Shown here piece after piece: positions 10,189-19,070 of a DNA stretch of 64,000 nucleotides. Positions within the stretch are counted from its first letter, which is position 1, and each line of letters opens with the position of its first letter. The DNA is taken from IMG/VR virus record IMGVR_UViG_3300007770_001284, positions 62,001-126,000 of that record. One strand, 5' to 3'. The notes under the pieces were generated by a model, which ran no database searches, had not been told where the DNA came from, and saw nothing but the letters and a program-made list of their open reading frames with translations. The position numbers were made by a program, and so were the translations under genes.

Positions 10189-10833
10189 ATGAGCTTTGCT
10201 GAGTATTTCAAGAAAGAGTTTTATAACAGGCTGCTTAGTCCGAATCACCCTGCAACTGTGCCGCGTGATAGAGCGAGTTGTTTATTGAAGATATTTGAGT
10301 TACTAGATGAAAAAAAGAGTAATGGTCAAAATTATTTTCGTATAGTAGAAACGGGTACAACTCGTCCTGACCATGGACACTTGTGTTTTGGTGATGATGG
10401 GTGCGGTACTTACATTTTTGATAAATTTGTAAACCATTATGATGGGGAAGTATTGTCTGTTGATATCGATGAAAAAAATTGTCGGTACTCTAATGCTCTG
10501 ACATCTGAGAAAACGAAGGTATTCTGTCAAGATTCTGTTGAGATGTTATGGTCTTTACCCGTTGACTTTAAGATTGATTTTCTTTATCTCGATTCTTTTG
10601 ATTTTTCCGCTGAAGACCCCCACCCTTCGATGCTTCATCATGTGAAGGAGCTTTGCGCTGTTATGAAAAATTTAAATCCAGGTGCTTTAATTGTGGTTGA
10701 TGATCATAACGTCGTTGATGATGAGTCTTCGCCAGAGGGTAAAATAGGAAAAGGCTCTTATGTAAAAGACTTCATGTGTAATATAGGCGCGGAGCTGCTT
10801 TTTGAAGGATACCAGATTGGGTGGAAGCTGTGA
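10189..10833 (+). CDS. Class I SAM-dependent methyltransferase (paralog of the 2429 N-domain)
   Basis: IVETGT, SVDI, DFLYLDSFD and IVVDD. Confidence 0.75.
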   Translation: MSFAEYFKKEFYNRLLSPNHPATVPRDRASCLLKIFELLDEKKSNGQNYFRIVETGTTRPDHGHLCFGDDGCGTYIFDKFVNHYDGEVLSVDIDEKNCRYSNALTSEKTKVFCQDSVEMLWSLPVDFKIDFLYLDSFDFSAEDPHPSMLHHVKELCAVMKNLNPGALIVVDDHNVVDDESSPEGKIGKGSYVKDFMCNIGAELLFEGYQIGWKL

Positions 10834-11609
10834 CTTGGGGCCCCACTATAGTCTATTATCTAGATGAGCTTAAAATTGCTTATATAGAGATAAAAAAAGC
10901 CGGTTGCACGACTGTCAAGACCTCCCTTGCGAATTATCTTCTTGAAATTGCTGGGGGGTTAGGCCATCACCAAAAATATAAGCCCAATATAGACGGTGTT
11001 GATTACAATTACGGAACATCGATTCATGATGAGTATTTTACGTGGGCCGGGCAATGGAACAGAGTCCAGTCTTTAGGTGATGATTGGACTGTGTTTACTA
11101 TTGCAAGAGAACCAATCGAGAGGTTTGTTTCTGCATTCTATTCCAACGCAGATAGACCATTTTTATACTCGGATATTAACGAGTATATTACAAATCATTT
11201 CTTATATGAAGATGGTTTACTTTCGACCGTGGGCCACAAAAAAATAAATTTGCATAAATTTCGAGAGGATGGTCATATAGTACCGCAGCACAAAATTTTA
11301 GCCAACGTCTCGGCGCGCATCGACTATATAGGGCACTTAGATGATATGGATTCAGCTTCACATTACATAAGCAGCGTTATACGTGATGATAATTTTAAGT
11401 TTGTTCATGCAAATGCCCGTCCATTAAAAAAGCTCAGCGATGATCGCTTTGGACAACCTCGCGAGAAACGGAATTTCGGATGGCCCCGCTTGACAAAAGA
11501 GTCATTGGATATTTTGTTAGAGTTTGGATATAGACAAGATTATGAACTTTTTGATAGGTACGATCCGGAAAAATGGTTACACAATGTATGGGACGGAATT
11601 ATAAGATAG
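10821..11609 (+). CDS. Sulfotransferase family 2 protein
   Basis: IEIKKAGCTT (5'-PSB), REPIERFVSAFY (3'-PB), HIVPQ and DYELF. May start at GTG 10830. Confidence 0.75.
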   Translation: MEAVTWGPTIVYYLDELKIAYIEIKKAGCTTVKTSLANYLLEIAGGLGHHQKYKPNIDGVDYNYGTSIHDEYFTWAGQWNRVQSLGDDWTVFTIAREPIERFVSAFYSNADRPFLYSDINEYITNHFLYEDGLLSTVGHKKINLHKFREDGHIVPQHKILANVSARIDYIGHLDDMDSASHYISSVIRDDNFKFVHANARPLKKLSDDRFGQPREKRNFGWPRLTKESLDILLEFGYRQDYELFDRYDPEKWLHNVWDGIIR

Positions 11610-12394
11610 CGAACGCTTTGGAAGACATACGCATAGCCGCGTATTTTGGTGGACTGGGTGACAGCCTGCAATTTTCGACGCTTCCAGAACTATTTTCTGA
11701 AGCGGGACACGATGTTTATGTTTGGGACAAAGCATACTTCAGAAATCCTGAGATAAAAGAGCTTGTGTGGGACTGTAATCCTTTTGTGAAGGGAGAGAGA
11801 GCAGGACAATGGAATGCTGGAGACATCCCCGGGCTAAAGTATGAAAATTTATCTGGTAATGTTATCTCTAACTGGGAAACGTTGTTTGGGTTCAAGCCAA
11901 CAAACAAATACCCAAAAATATATTACGAGCCAAAAGATACAAGCAAGGCTAGAAATTCTATTTTGCTAGACTTAACATCAATATCTGGTGATTATCGAGG
12001 CTATTCCGTGTCGGAAGCCGTGGATAAACTGGTTTCTATGTATCCTGGAAGAAGCATATACCAATTGACATTTCACAACTCTTTGAACAACCCTCCAGCA
12101 AGCAATAAAATACAAGAACCATGGAGTAGTCCAAATAATCAAAGATTTTTGTACAATGATTTTGAAAGTGAAAAGATTGTGGTGAATTCGATATTCGAAT
12201 ATTGCGATATGATTTATTCTAGTGATGTTTTTATCACGCTTCATTCAGGGGGTCATGCAGTTTCTAGTGCGATCAAAGAATATAACAGCGATTTAGAGGT
12301 TCACTCTATAATTCGAAAAGTCGATTATGATTACTGCATTCCTCGTGGATTCTTTTTATTCGATAATATCAAATACTCTGTAATTGCCAGGTAA
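11573..12394 (+). CDS. GT9 (heptosyltransferase)-like GT-B glycosyltransferase
   Basis: GGLGDSL..S, NPFV and FITLHSGGHAV; lies directly upstream of the heptose adenylyltransferase. Start uncertain. Confidence 0.55.
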   Translation: MVTQCMGRNYKIANALEDIRIAAYFGGLGDSLQFSTLPELFSEAGHDVYVWDKAYFRNPEIKELVWDCNPFVKGERAGQWNAGDIPGLKYENLSGNVISNWETLFGFKPTNKYPKIYYEPKDTSKARNSILLDLTSISGDYRGYSVSEAVDKLVSMYPGRSIYQLTFHNSLNNPPASNKIQEPWSSPNNQRFLYNDFESEKIVVNSIFEYCDMIYSSDVFITLHSGGHAVSSAIKEYNSDLEVHSIIRKVDYDYCIPRGFFLFDNIKYSVIAR

Positions 12395-12398
12395 TAAA

Positions 12399-12797
12399 TT
12401 GGACAGACATATTTCAAGAAAGGTTGTTTTTACAAATGGGTGTTTCGATATTTTGCACAGGGGACATATAGAGCTCCTACGCTATTGTAACTCTTTGGGG
12501 TACGTTATTGTTGGGTTAAATAGTGATACTAGCGTGAAGAAGTTGAAAGGTAATGGACGACCTTTTTTTTCTCAAGACGATCGAAAATTCATGCTTGAGG
12601 CATGTAGATACGTAGACGAAGTCCGTATTTTTGACGGTGATACGCCATTAGAGATGGTAAAAAATATTTCACCCGATGTGATGGTTAAGGGCGGTGATTA
12701 CGCGCCAGAAGAAGTCGCCGGGAGTGAAGTATGTGAAGTTAAGATATTCAAATTTATCGGTGGTTATTCTACAACAAAAATTCTAGAGAGAGGTTAG
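12399..12797 (+). CDS. hldC: D-glycero-beta-D-manno-heptose-1-phosphate nucleotidyltransferase (RfaE domain II / HldC)
   Basis: FTNGCFDILHRGH, GLNSD.SV..LKG..RP, VKGGDY and GYSTT. TTG start at 12399 preferred over the track start at 12384. Confidence 0.9.
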   Translation: MDRHISRKVVFTNGCFDILHRGHIELLRYCNSLGYVIVGLNSDTSVKKLKGNGRPFFSQDDRKFMLEACRYVDEVRIFDGDTPLEMVKNISPDVMVKGGDYAPEEVAGSEVCEVKIFKFIGGYSTTKILERG

Positions 12798-12799
12798 AG

Positions 12800-13159
12800 T
12801 TGTCAACTTCATTAGAGATCAAATTTGTACCGAAAGGGTGGGGATTTGAGAAGTGGATTGTTAATTGCGATGAGTATTGCGGAAAGCTCCTGTATTTCGT
12901 TAGGGGGAAGTGTTGTTCTTGGCATTACCATGAGTTAAAAGACGAGGTGTTTTATGTCCAGTCGGGCCGAGTTTTAGTCAAGTACTCTGAGGGTGATGAC
13001 ATAAATGAAGCAGATGAAGTTGTTCTGGGCCCTGGCCAAAATTTTCATGTCTATAGGGGTCTTCGCCACAGAGTGATAGCTTTAGAAGACACAGAGCTTT
13101 TTGAATTTTCTACGCAACATTTTGATAGTGATAGTCTTAGGATTGAAAAGGGTGACTGA
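12800..13159 (+). CDS. Cupin-fold protein (sugar isomerase-like)
   Basis: KGWG.E.W, HYH..KDE and distal H (LRHR) metal ligands. Confidence 0.75.
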   Translation: MSTSLEIKFVPKGWGFEKWIVNCDEYCGKLLYFVRGKCCSWHYHELKDEVFYVQSGRVLVKYSEGDDINEADEVVLGPGQNFHVYRGLRHRVIALEDTELFEFSTQHFDSDSLRIEKGD

Positions 13160-13813
13160 ATGCGCAGAGTTTTGATTACCGGTTGTAGCAGGGGTCTTGG
13201 AAAACACCTCATGAATCATTTTGATTTAAATGATTGTGAAGTTTTTAGGCATACTCGACAGCCTCTAAGCGGAAAAAACCAGTTAGCGGGTGATATAAAC
13301 GCTGATAATTTTTGTGATAATTTGGAAGCATTCGTGGAGGCCAACCAAATTGAGGTTTTTGTGAACAATGCTGCTATCCACAGCCCTCGCGCTTTTCTAG
13401 AATATAGTGAAGCAGATATCAAGGATGTTTTGAACACAAATTTAGTGTCTCAAATATTGATGATACAACGTGTATATAGGATTTTTAAAAAGCGTAATAA
13501 AGGCACAATAGTCAATATTAATTCTCTTGCCGGGCGAGGTCCGTCTGCCAACGAAACGGTGTATTGCGCAAGCAAATACGGTCTAAGAGGGTTTTCTGAG
13601 TCTTTGCAAATCGAGTCGATTGGAACCGATATAAAGATTCTTGATTTTTATCCAGGAGCAATGAAAACTGGCATGTGCAAAAACAGAAGCAATTATGACG
13701 ACCTCATGGACCCGGACGAAGTCGCAGAAACGATTGTTAATATTGTCTTAAAAGAAAGAACTACAATTCTTCCGACAGAAACGATAATTCGTCGATTTTT
13801 GTCAGGAAAGTAA
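13160..13813 (+). CDS. Short-chain dehydrogenase/reductase
   Basis: TGCSRGLG, NNAA, NS and YCASK. Confidence 0.9.
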   Translation: MRRVLITGCSRGLGKHLMNHFDLNDCEVFRHTRQPLSGKNQLAGDINADNFCDNLEAFVEANQIEVFVNNAAIHSPRAFLEYSEADIKDVLNTNLVSQILMIQRVYRIFKKRNKGTIVNINSLAGRGPSANETVYCASKYGLRGFSESLQIESIGTDIKILDFYPGAMKTGMCKNRSNYDDLMDPDEVAETIVNIVLKERTTILPTETIIRRFLSGK

Positions 13814-13817
13814 GGAA

Positions 13818-14834
13818 ATGATTATGAGAGCAGCAATTTTAGAAAAGCTTAATTCTCCACTGACCATCAGAGAGGTTGAACTAACCCCCTTGAAGGTTGG
13901 TCAAGTGCTGGTTAGGATATTAGTAAGCGGGTTATGTGGCGCGCAGTTGCACGAAATAAGGGGACACAAGGGTAACGCAAAATTTCTACCGCACTTAATG
14001 GGACACGAGGGCTGTGGTATTGTTGAGAGCATCGGTAGCGGTGTGACAACAGTTTCCCCGGGTGATAAGGTGGTGATGCACTGGAGGCCCAGTACAGGTA
14101 TCGAAGCGCCATTCCCTGAATACATCCTTAATGGAAAAAAAATAAGCAGCGGAAAGGTAACAACGTTAAGCGAATACTCGATTGTTTCTGAAAACAGATT
14201 GACTGTTGTTCCTCCAGACACTCCCGATAATTTTTGCGCTTTGCTTGGGTGTGGATTGACAACAGCGCTTGGAATTATAGACAACGAAATAGATCTTAAA
14301 ATGGGCGAAAGTGTACTGGTTGTTGGATGCGGAGGTGTGGGGCTGAACCTAATACAAGGTGCAAAGCTAAAGAGCGCTTATCCAATTATCGCTGTTGACG
14401 TTTCCGAAGATAAGCGTATAAAAACCCTCGAGGTCGGTGCATCAACCTTTATTAATCCGCTTAAAGATGATATGACTGCTATTTCTGTCGATGTCATTAT
14501 AGACACAACAGGAAATTCAAGGGTGATTGGCTCTATGGTTCATCATCTTTCTAAAAACGGTAGAATTGTTCTTGTGGGACAGCCCTCCCCAGAAGAAGAA
14601 CTAACTATCCCTAATGGCGTTACTCTTTTTGGTGGCTCTGGAAAATCTATTAAAGCTAGCCAGGGTGGAAAAACTAATCCAGCTGAAGATATACCTCGGT
14701 ATGTTAAGATGCACGATGCAGGTCTCCTAGACGTTGATAAAATTGTTACTCATACATTTACGCTAGAGCAAGTCAATGAAGCGTTTGATCTTTTGCAAAC
14801 GGGTACTGCTGGTCGAATTATGGTGAAGATGTGA
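13818..14834 (+). CDS. Zn-dependent medium-chain dehydrogenase
   Basis: GLCG, GHEG, LGCG and GCGGVG. The structural-Zn four-Cys lobe is absent. Confidence 0.9.
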   Translation: MIMRAAILEKLNSPLTIREVELTPLKVGQVLVRILVSGLCGAQLHEIRGHKGNAKFLPHLMGHEGCGIVESIGSGVTTVSPGDKVVMHWRPSTGIEAPFPEYILNGKKISSGKVTTLSEYSIVSENRLTVVPPDTPDNFCALLGCGLTTALGIIDNEIDLKMGESVLVVGCGGVGLNLIQGAKLKSAYPIIAVDVSEDKRIKTLEVGASTFINPLKDDMTAISVDVIIDTTGNSRVIGSMVHHLSKNGRIVLVGQPSPEEELTIPNGVTLFGGSGKSIKASQGGKTNPAEDIPRYVKMHDAGLLDVDKIVTHTFTLEQVNEAFDLLQTGTAGRIMVKM

Positions 14835-15643
14835 GTGGTAGCGTTCAAAGATTTTTAGAAGAAATTAAGATTTATGATTGCGGGTTTCAAAAAATAAGAA
14901 TCGGAAACAAGTCAGACGGTGGATATGTTGCTCTTCATGAAATCTGTGAAAATACCAGAACACTATACGCTTTCGGCGTAGAGGATAATATTACGTTTGA
15001 ACAGGATTTTGTAGATAAGTTCCCACACACAGCTGTGAAATTATTCGACCACACAGTCGATAGGCTACCAGCAGAACACCCCAATTTTGCTTTTATTAAA
15101 AAAGGAATTGCCGCAAAAAAGTCAGATCAATTTTTAGCATTGTCAGACATGATTGATTCTGAGGTCGGTGGTTTGACTATTAAGATGGATATTGAGTGGG
15201 ATGAATGGGCAACGCTAGCATCTCTTAGTAGCAAGCAATTGAAAAAGATTGATCAGTTATTAGTTGAATTTCATTTAATCGCTGTGGACACTGATGAAAA
15301 ATTTATTGCCAATCCCAACGATGACTACGGGCTAACTCCTTATTTTGATTCATTTTATAGATCAGTTTATCAGAAGATAAATGTTGGATTGTTTGACATG
15401 TATTACGATGTGATGAAGACCCTTAATGAAAATTTTTACGCTTTTCATATCCACCCAAATAATTCTTTGGGAAAGATTAACGTCGATGGGCATTGTTTTC
15501 CTCCGCTTATTGAAGTAAGTTTTGTGAGAAAAGCGCTGGTAAAAGATGTCAGCGCTTCAACGTGTAATTTTCCTATATCGGGATTAGATTTTCCAAATAA
15601 ACCTTACAAAAAAGAAATTCAAGATTATTATCCATTAGCTTGA
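14831..15643 (+). CDS. FkbM/Methyltransf_22-like methyltransferase
   Basis: RIGNKSDGGY, FGV, KMDIE, QLLVEFH and HIHPNN. Confidence 0.75.
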   Translation: MSGSVQRFLEEIKIYDCGFQKIRIGNKSDGGYVALHEICENTRTLYAFGVEDNITFEQDFVDKFPHTAVKLFDHTVDRLPAEHPNFAFIKKGIAAKKSDQFLALSDMIDSEVGGLTIKMDIEWDEWATLASLSSKQLKKIDQLLVEFHLIAVDTDEKFIANPNDDYGLTPYFDSFYRSVYQKINVGLFDMYYDVMKTLNENFYAFHIHPNNSLGKINVDGHCFPPLIEVSFVRKALVKDVSASTCNFPISGLDFPNKPYKKEIQDYYPLA

Positions 15644-15652
15644 GGGGAAAGA

Positions 15653-16393
15653 ATGCTGAACAAAAGATCAAAACAGATAAGACGCGAAACCATAAAGCTA
15701 TCCAAAGCAAACGGTGGCTATCATTACGGTGGTTGTTTTTCCGCTGTTGAATTGTTGGTTTCTTTATACGATTATGTGTTAACAGACAACGACAAATTTA
15801 TCTTAAGTAAGGGTCATGCTTGCTGGCCCTATTATGTTTTATTGAGAGAGAGGGGATTCAATCCAAGGTTACAGGGTCACCCCACACTAGACGAAAAGAA
15901 CGGAATTCATTATACCACCGGTAGTGAGGGGCATGGTTTTCCAGCCGCGATAGGAATGGCGCTAGCTAGAAAAATGAAAAACAAGCCCGGGAAAATATAC
16001 GTGATTGTAGGCGATGGAGAGTGTCAGGAGGGAACGACATGGGAATCGTTGCTGCTAGCAGCGCATTACAAGCTAGACAATCTTGTCATAATAGCTGACT
16101 GGAACGGGATACAGGGATCTGGATATACGAAAGACATTTTGCCTATTCCGAATATGGAAAAAGTTACAGCGCTTCTTGGATGGCATGTTTCACAAGTTGA
16201 TGGACATTCTTATGCTGAAATCTTGGCTGCTCTAGAGGAACACGAAAAAGATAAGCCCAGATTTATAATAGCTAATACGATAAAGGGGAAAGGAGTCAGC
16301 TATATGGAGAACCAACCATGTTGGCACGCTCAGTGGCCGGCCCCTGATTATGAAGAACAGGCGATGAAAGAGCTGGAGGATTGTGAAGAATGA
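15653..16393 (+). CDS. Transketolase-like N-terminal (ThDP-binding) subunit
   Basis: H.GG..S, FILSKGH, GDGECQEG..WE, TIKGKG and WH. Confidence 0.9.
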   Translation: MLNKRSKQIRRETIKLSKANGGYHYGGCFSAVELLVSLYDYVLTDNDKFILSKGHACWPYYVLLRERGFNPRLQGHPTLDEKNGIHYTTGSEGHGFPAAIGMALARKMKNKPGKIYVIVGDGECQEGTTWESLLLAAHYKLDNLVIIADWNGIQGSGYTKDILPIPNMEKVTALLGWHVSQVDGHSYAEILAALEEHEKDKPRFIIANTIKGKGVSYMENQPCWHAQWPAPDYEEQAMKELEDCEE

Positions 16394-16872
16394 GACGTGC
16401 TTTTGGAAGAGTAATTGTGAAGTTGGCTGAAAAAGATGAGAACATTGTTTTAGTGACTGGAGATGTTGAACAAGAGATGGAGGAATTCAAAGATCGATGG
16501 CCAGAACGATATTTGAACGCTGGGCTCTGTGAGCAATCAATGATCAGTATGGTTGCAGGAATGGCTCTGGAGGGCTTACGTCCAGTTGTCTATTCTATTA
16601 CCCCCTTTCTTATTGAGAGACCGTTTGAGCAGATCAAAATAGACATCGATGAGCAGAAGTTACCTGTAATGCTGGTAGGACAAGCTGATTATCCGACCCA
16701 TGGACCGACACACCGCCCATTAAACCCAGAGGGGCTGATTGGGCTTTTAAAAAATACAATTGGGTATTTCCCCAGAAATCAACAGGAAACTGAAAAAGCA
16801 ATGATCGACGCATATCTTATGGCTGAACCAGCGATTATCTGCATTAAGAGAGACGGTCTTCCCTTTTTCTAA
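16390..16872 (+). CDS. Transketolase-like pyrimidine-binding subunit (no C-terminal domain)
   Basis: P.RYLNAGLCEQ, GMALEG..P, ERPFEQIK and GPTH; only 160 aa. Confidence 0.85.
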   Translation: MRRAFGRVIVKLAEKDENIVLVTGDVEQEMEEFKDRWPERYLNAGLCEQSMISMVAGMALEGLRPVVYSITPFLIERPFEQIKIDIDEQKLPVMLVGQADYPTHGPTHRPLNPEGLIGLLKNTIGYFPRNQQETEKAMIDAYLMAEPAIICIKRDGLPFF

Positions 16873-16886
16873 AATTTAAGTTAAGC

Positions 16887-17636
16887 GTGAGAATGAAAAA
16901 GATATTGGTCATAGGAGAAAGTTGTCAGGATATTTTTGTCTATTGTAATGCAAGCCGCTTATGTCCAGATATTCCTGTTCCTGTTCTAAATGAAAAATAT
17001 CGGACTGACAACCCGGGTATGGCTGCTAATGTTCATCGAAACATTCACGCCTTGGGTGTGACAAGCGATATTATTACAAACGATAACTGGGGGGATATTA
17101 CTAAAAAACGGTACGTTCATGAAGAGAGTAATCACATGTTCTTTAGGGCCGATTCGGTAGACGAAATAGAAAGAATAGACTTAAGCGTGATATCATATGA
17201 TTATGACCTGATTGTAATATCAGACTATGATAAGGGTTTCTTGACTGAAGCAGATATAAAAATAATATGCTCAAACCATAATAACGTATTTATTGATTCT
17301 AAGAAAATTTTAGGGACGTGGGTTCATGATGCTAGATATATCAAGATCAATCATACAGAATACCAGCGCTCGAAAAGCTATATTGATAAAACAATGTTCG
17401 AAAAAATTATTCGGACTGAAGGCCCAAGAGGGTGTGTATATAGGGAAGTGGTCTATCCAGTCAACAAGGCTGAGGTAAAAGATGTATCGGGCGCGGGCGA
17501 TAGTTTTCTAGCGGCTCTTGTGGTAAAGTTTTTAGAAAATTCTGATATAATAGAAAGTATAAAATTTGCAAATAAGTGCGCTTCTGAAATTGTTACAAAG
17601 AGGGGGGTTTCAACGATACAATGCAACGTGTATTAG
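16887..17636 (+). CDS. hldA: Heptose-7-phosphate kinase (RfaE domain I / HldA, PfkB family)
   Basis: RLCPD.PVPV, GMAANV, ISDYDKG and DVSGAGDSF. Confidence 0.85.
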   Translation: MRMKKILVIGESCQDIFVYCNASRLCPDIPVPVLNEKYRTDNPGMAANVHRNIHALGVTSDIITNDNWGDITKKRYVHEESNHMFFRADSVDEIERIDLSVISYDYDLIVISDYDKGFLTEADIKIICSNHNNVFIDSKKILGTWVHDARYIKINHTEYQRSKSYIDKTMFEKIIRTEGPRGCVYREVVYPVNKAEVKDVSGAGDSFLAALVVKFLENSDIIESIKFANKCASEIVTKRGVSTIQCNVY

Positions 17637-18439
17637 TCACAGGAGCTGACGGTTTTATTGGGAAGAATCTTGCCGCAACCCTAAAAGAAGAAGCGCAAAT
17701 TTTTTGTTTGTCTGAAGACAATTTGGATGACGCTAGATGGAAAGACGTGTGGAACCATTTTCTGGAAGAGGCGTCTCCTGCTGTCATTTTTCATGTCGGC
17801 GCGTGTTCCGACACATTAGAACAAAACGTTAATTTTATGATGCATCGAAATTATGAGACAACAAAGTTTCTAATGGATTGGTGCGTCAACAATAGCGTTC
17901 CAATGATTTACTCTTCTTCTGCTGCAAGCTATGGAGTGACTGAAGACTATCCATCGAACTTATATGGATGGAGTAAGTACGTCGCAGAAGATTATGTGGT
18001 GAGTAATTCTGGCATCGCATTACGTTATTTTAATGTGTATGGCCCGGGGGAGGAACGCAAGGGGAAGATGGCGTCGATTGTGTATCAGATGTACAAAAGG
18101 CACCAAGGAAATTTGGAGTGCAAGTTATTTCCAAAACGACCTCTTCGAGATTTTGTGTATGTGAAAGATGTTGTGTCTGCAAACATTCATGCTTACAAGA
18201 ATTACGAATCGTTAAGAGGATCATACTACGATGTTGGTAGCGGTCAATCAAGGGCATTTGAGGATATTCTTGATTTGCTAGAAATCGAATATTCTTATCA
18301 CTCCACTCACACGATTCCAGAGGGCTATCAATTTTTCACCTGCAGCGATAAAGAAAAGTGGCTACCGGGCTGGGCCCCAGAGTATCAGCTCGAAGCAGGA
18401 ATCGAGGATTATGGAAAAGTATTACGATTACAGCGTTGA
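17621..18439 (+). CDS. hldD: ADP-L-glycero-D-manno-heptose 6-epimerase
   Basis: TGADGFIG, HVGACSDT, SSAASYG, YGWSK, RYFNVYGPGEERKGKMAS and RDFVYVKD. Confidence 0.85.
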   Translation: MQRVLVTGADGFIGKNLAATLKEEAQIFCLSEDNLDDARWKDVWNHFLEEASPAVIFHVGACSDTLEQNVNFMMHRNYETTKFLMDWCVNNSVPMIYSSSAASYGVTEDYPSNLYGWSKYVAEDYVVSNSGIALRYFNVYGPGEERKGKMASIVYQMYKRHQGNLECKLFPKRPLRDFVYVKDVVSANIHAYKNYESLRGSYYDVGSGQSRAFEDILDLLEIEYSYHSTHTIPEGYQFFTCSDKEKWLPGWAPEYQLEAGIEDYGKVLRLQR

Positions 18440-19070
18440 CGATTATCAATTCGTCGAAGCCATATCTGGTTTATTTGATTGTGGTAATTTACAGTATCTG
18501 CATGAAATGCACATTGACGAATATGAGTTTTTTGATAAGCCGGGAAAAGATTCGGATACCATATTCCATCAAAAGTTTTATAACAAAATGAGATCTGGCT
18601 GGCCAGAATTTCTTGAATTATATCAAAAATTTATTAGAGAATTTATAGCTCCCATTACTAATGCGAAAGACCAACTCATATATCAAAAGTGGCCTACATT
18701 TCGGGTACACCTCCCAAATAACGTAGCAGTGGGCGGATGGCATAAGGATAGCGACTACAATCACCCTCTTGGGGAGACAAATTTTATACTTGCATTAACT
18801 CCTATGTTCGAGAGTAATACAACTATTGCGGAAAGCGAGCCGGGGAAGATGGATTTTCATCAGCTTGAATTAATGCCTGGTCAGATTGTGCGCTTTAATG
18901 GAAACCAGTGCACTCATGGAAACCTCCCTAACAAGACTGGCGTTACCAGGGTGAGTTTCGATTTTAGGATCATGATGCCAGAAGACTATAACTCAAATTA
19001 TCGCTTAACTTCGCTAAGCAAAGGAAACAAATTTCTTATTGGTCACTATTATGAGGTTATGGAGATATGA
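18411..19070 (+). CDS. StrG-like Fe(II)/2OG-type oxygenase
   Basis: PTFRVHLP, HKD (HxD) and HGN..N.TG.TRVSFDFR. Confidence 0.6.
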   Translation: MEKYYDYSVDDYQFVEAISGLFDCGNLQYLHEMHIDEYEFFDKPGKDSDTIFHQKFYNKMRSGWPEFLELYQKFIREFIAPITNAKDQLIYQKWPTFRVHLPNNVAVGGWHKDSDYNHPLGETNFILALTPMFESNTTIAESEPGKMDFHQLELMPGQIVRFNGNQCTHGNLPNKTGVTRVSFDFRIMMPEDYNSNYRLTSLSKGNKFLIGHYYEVMEI

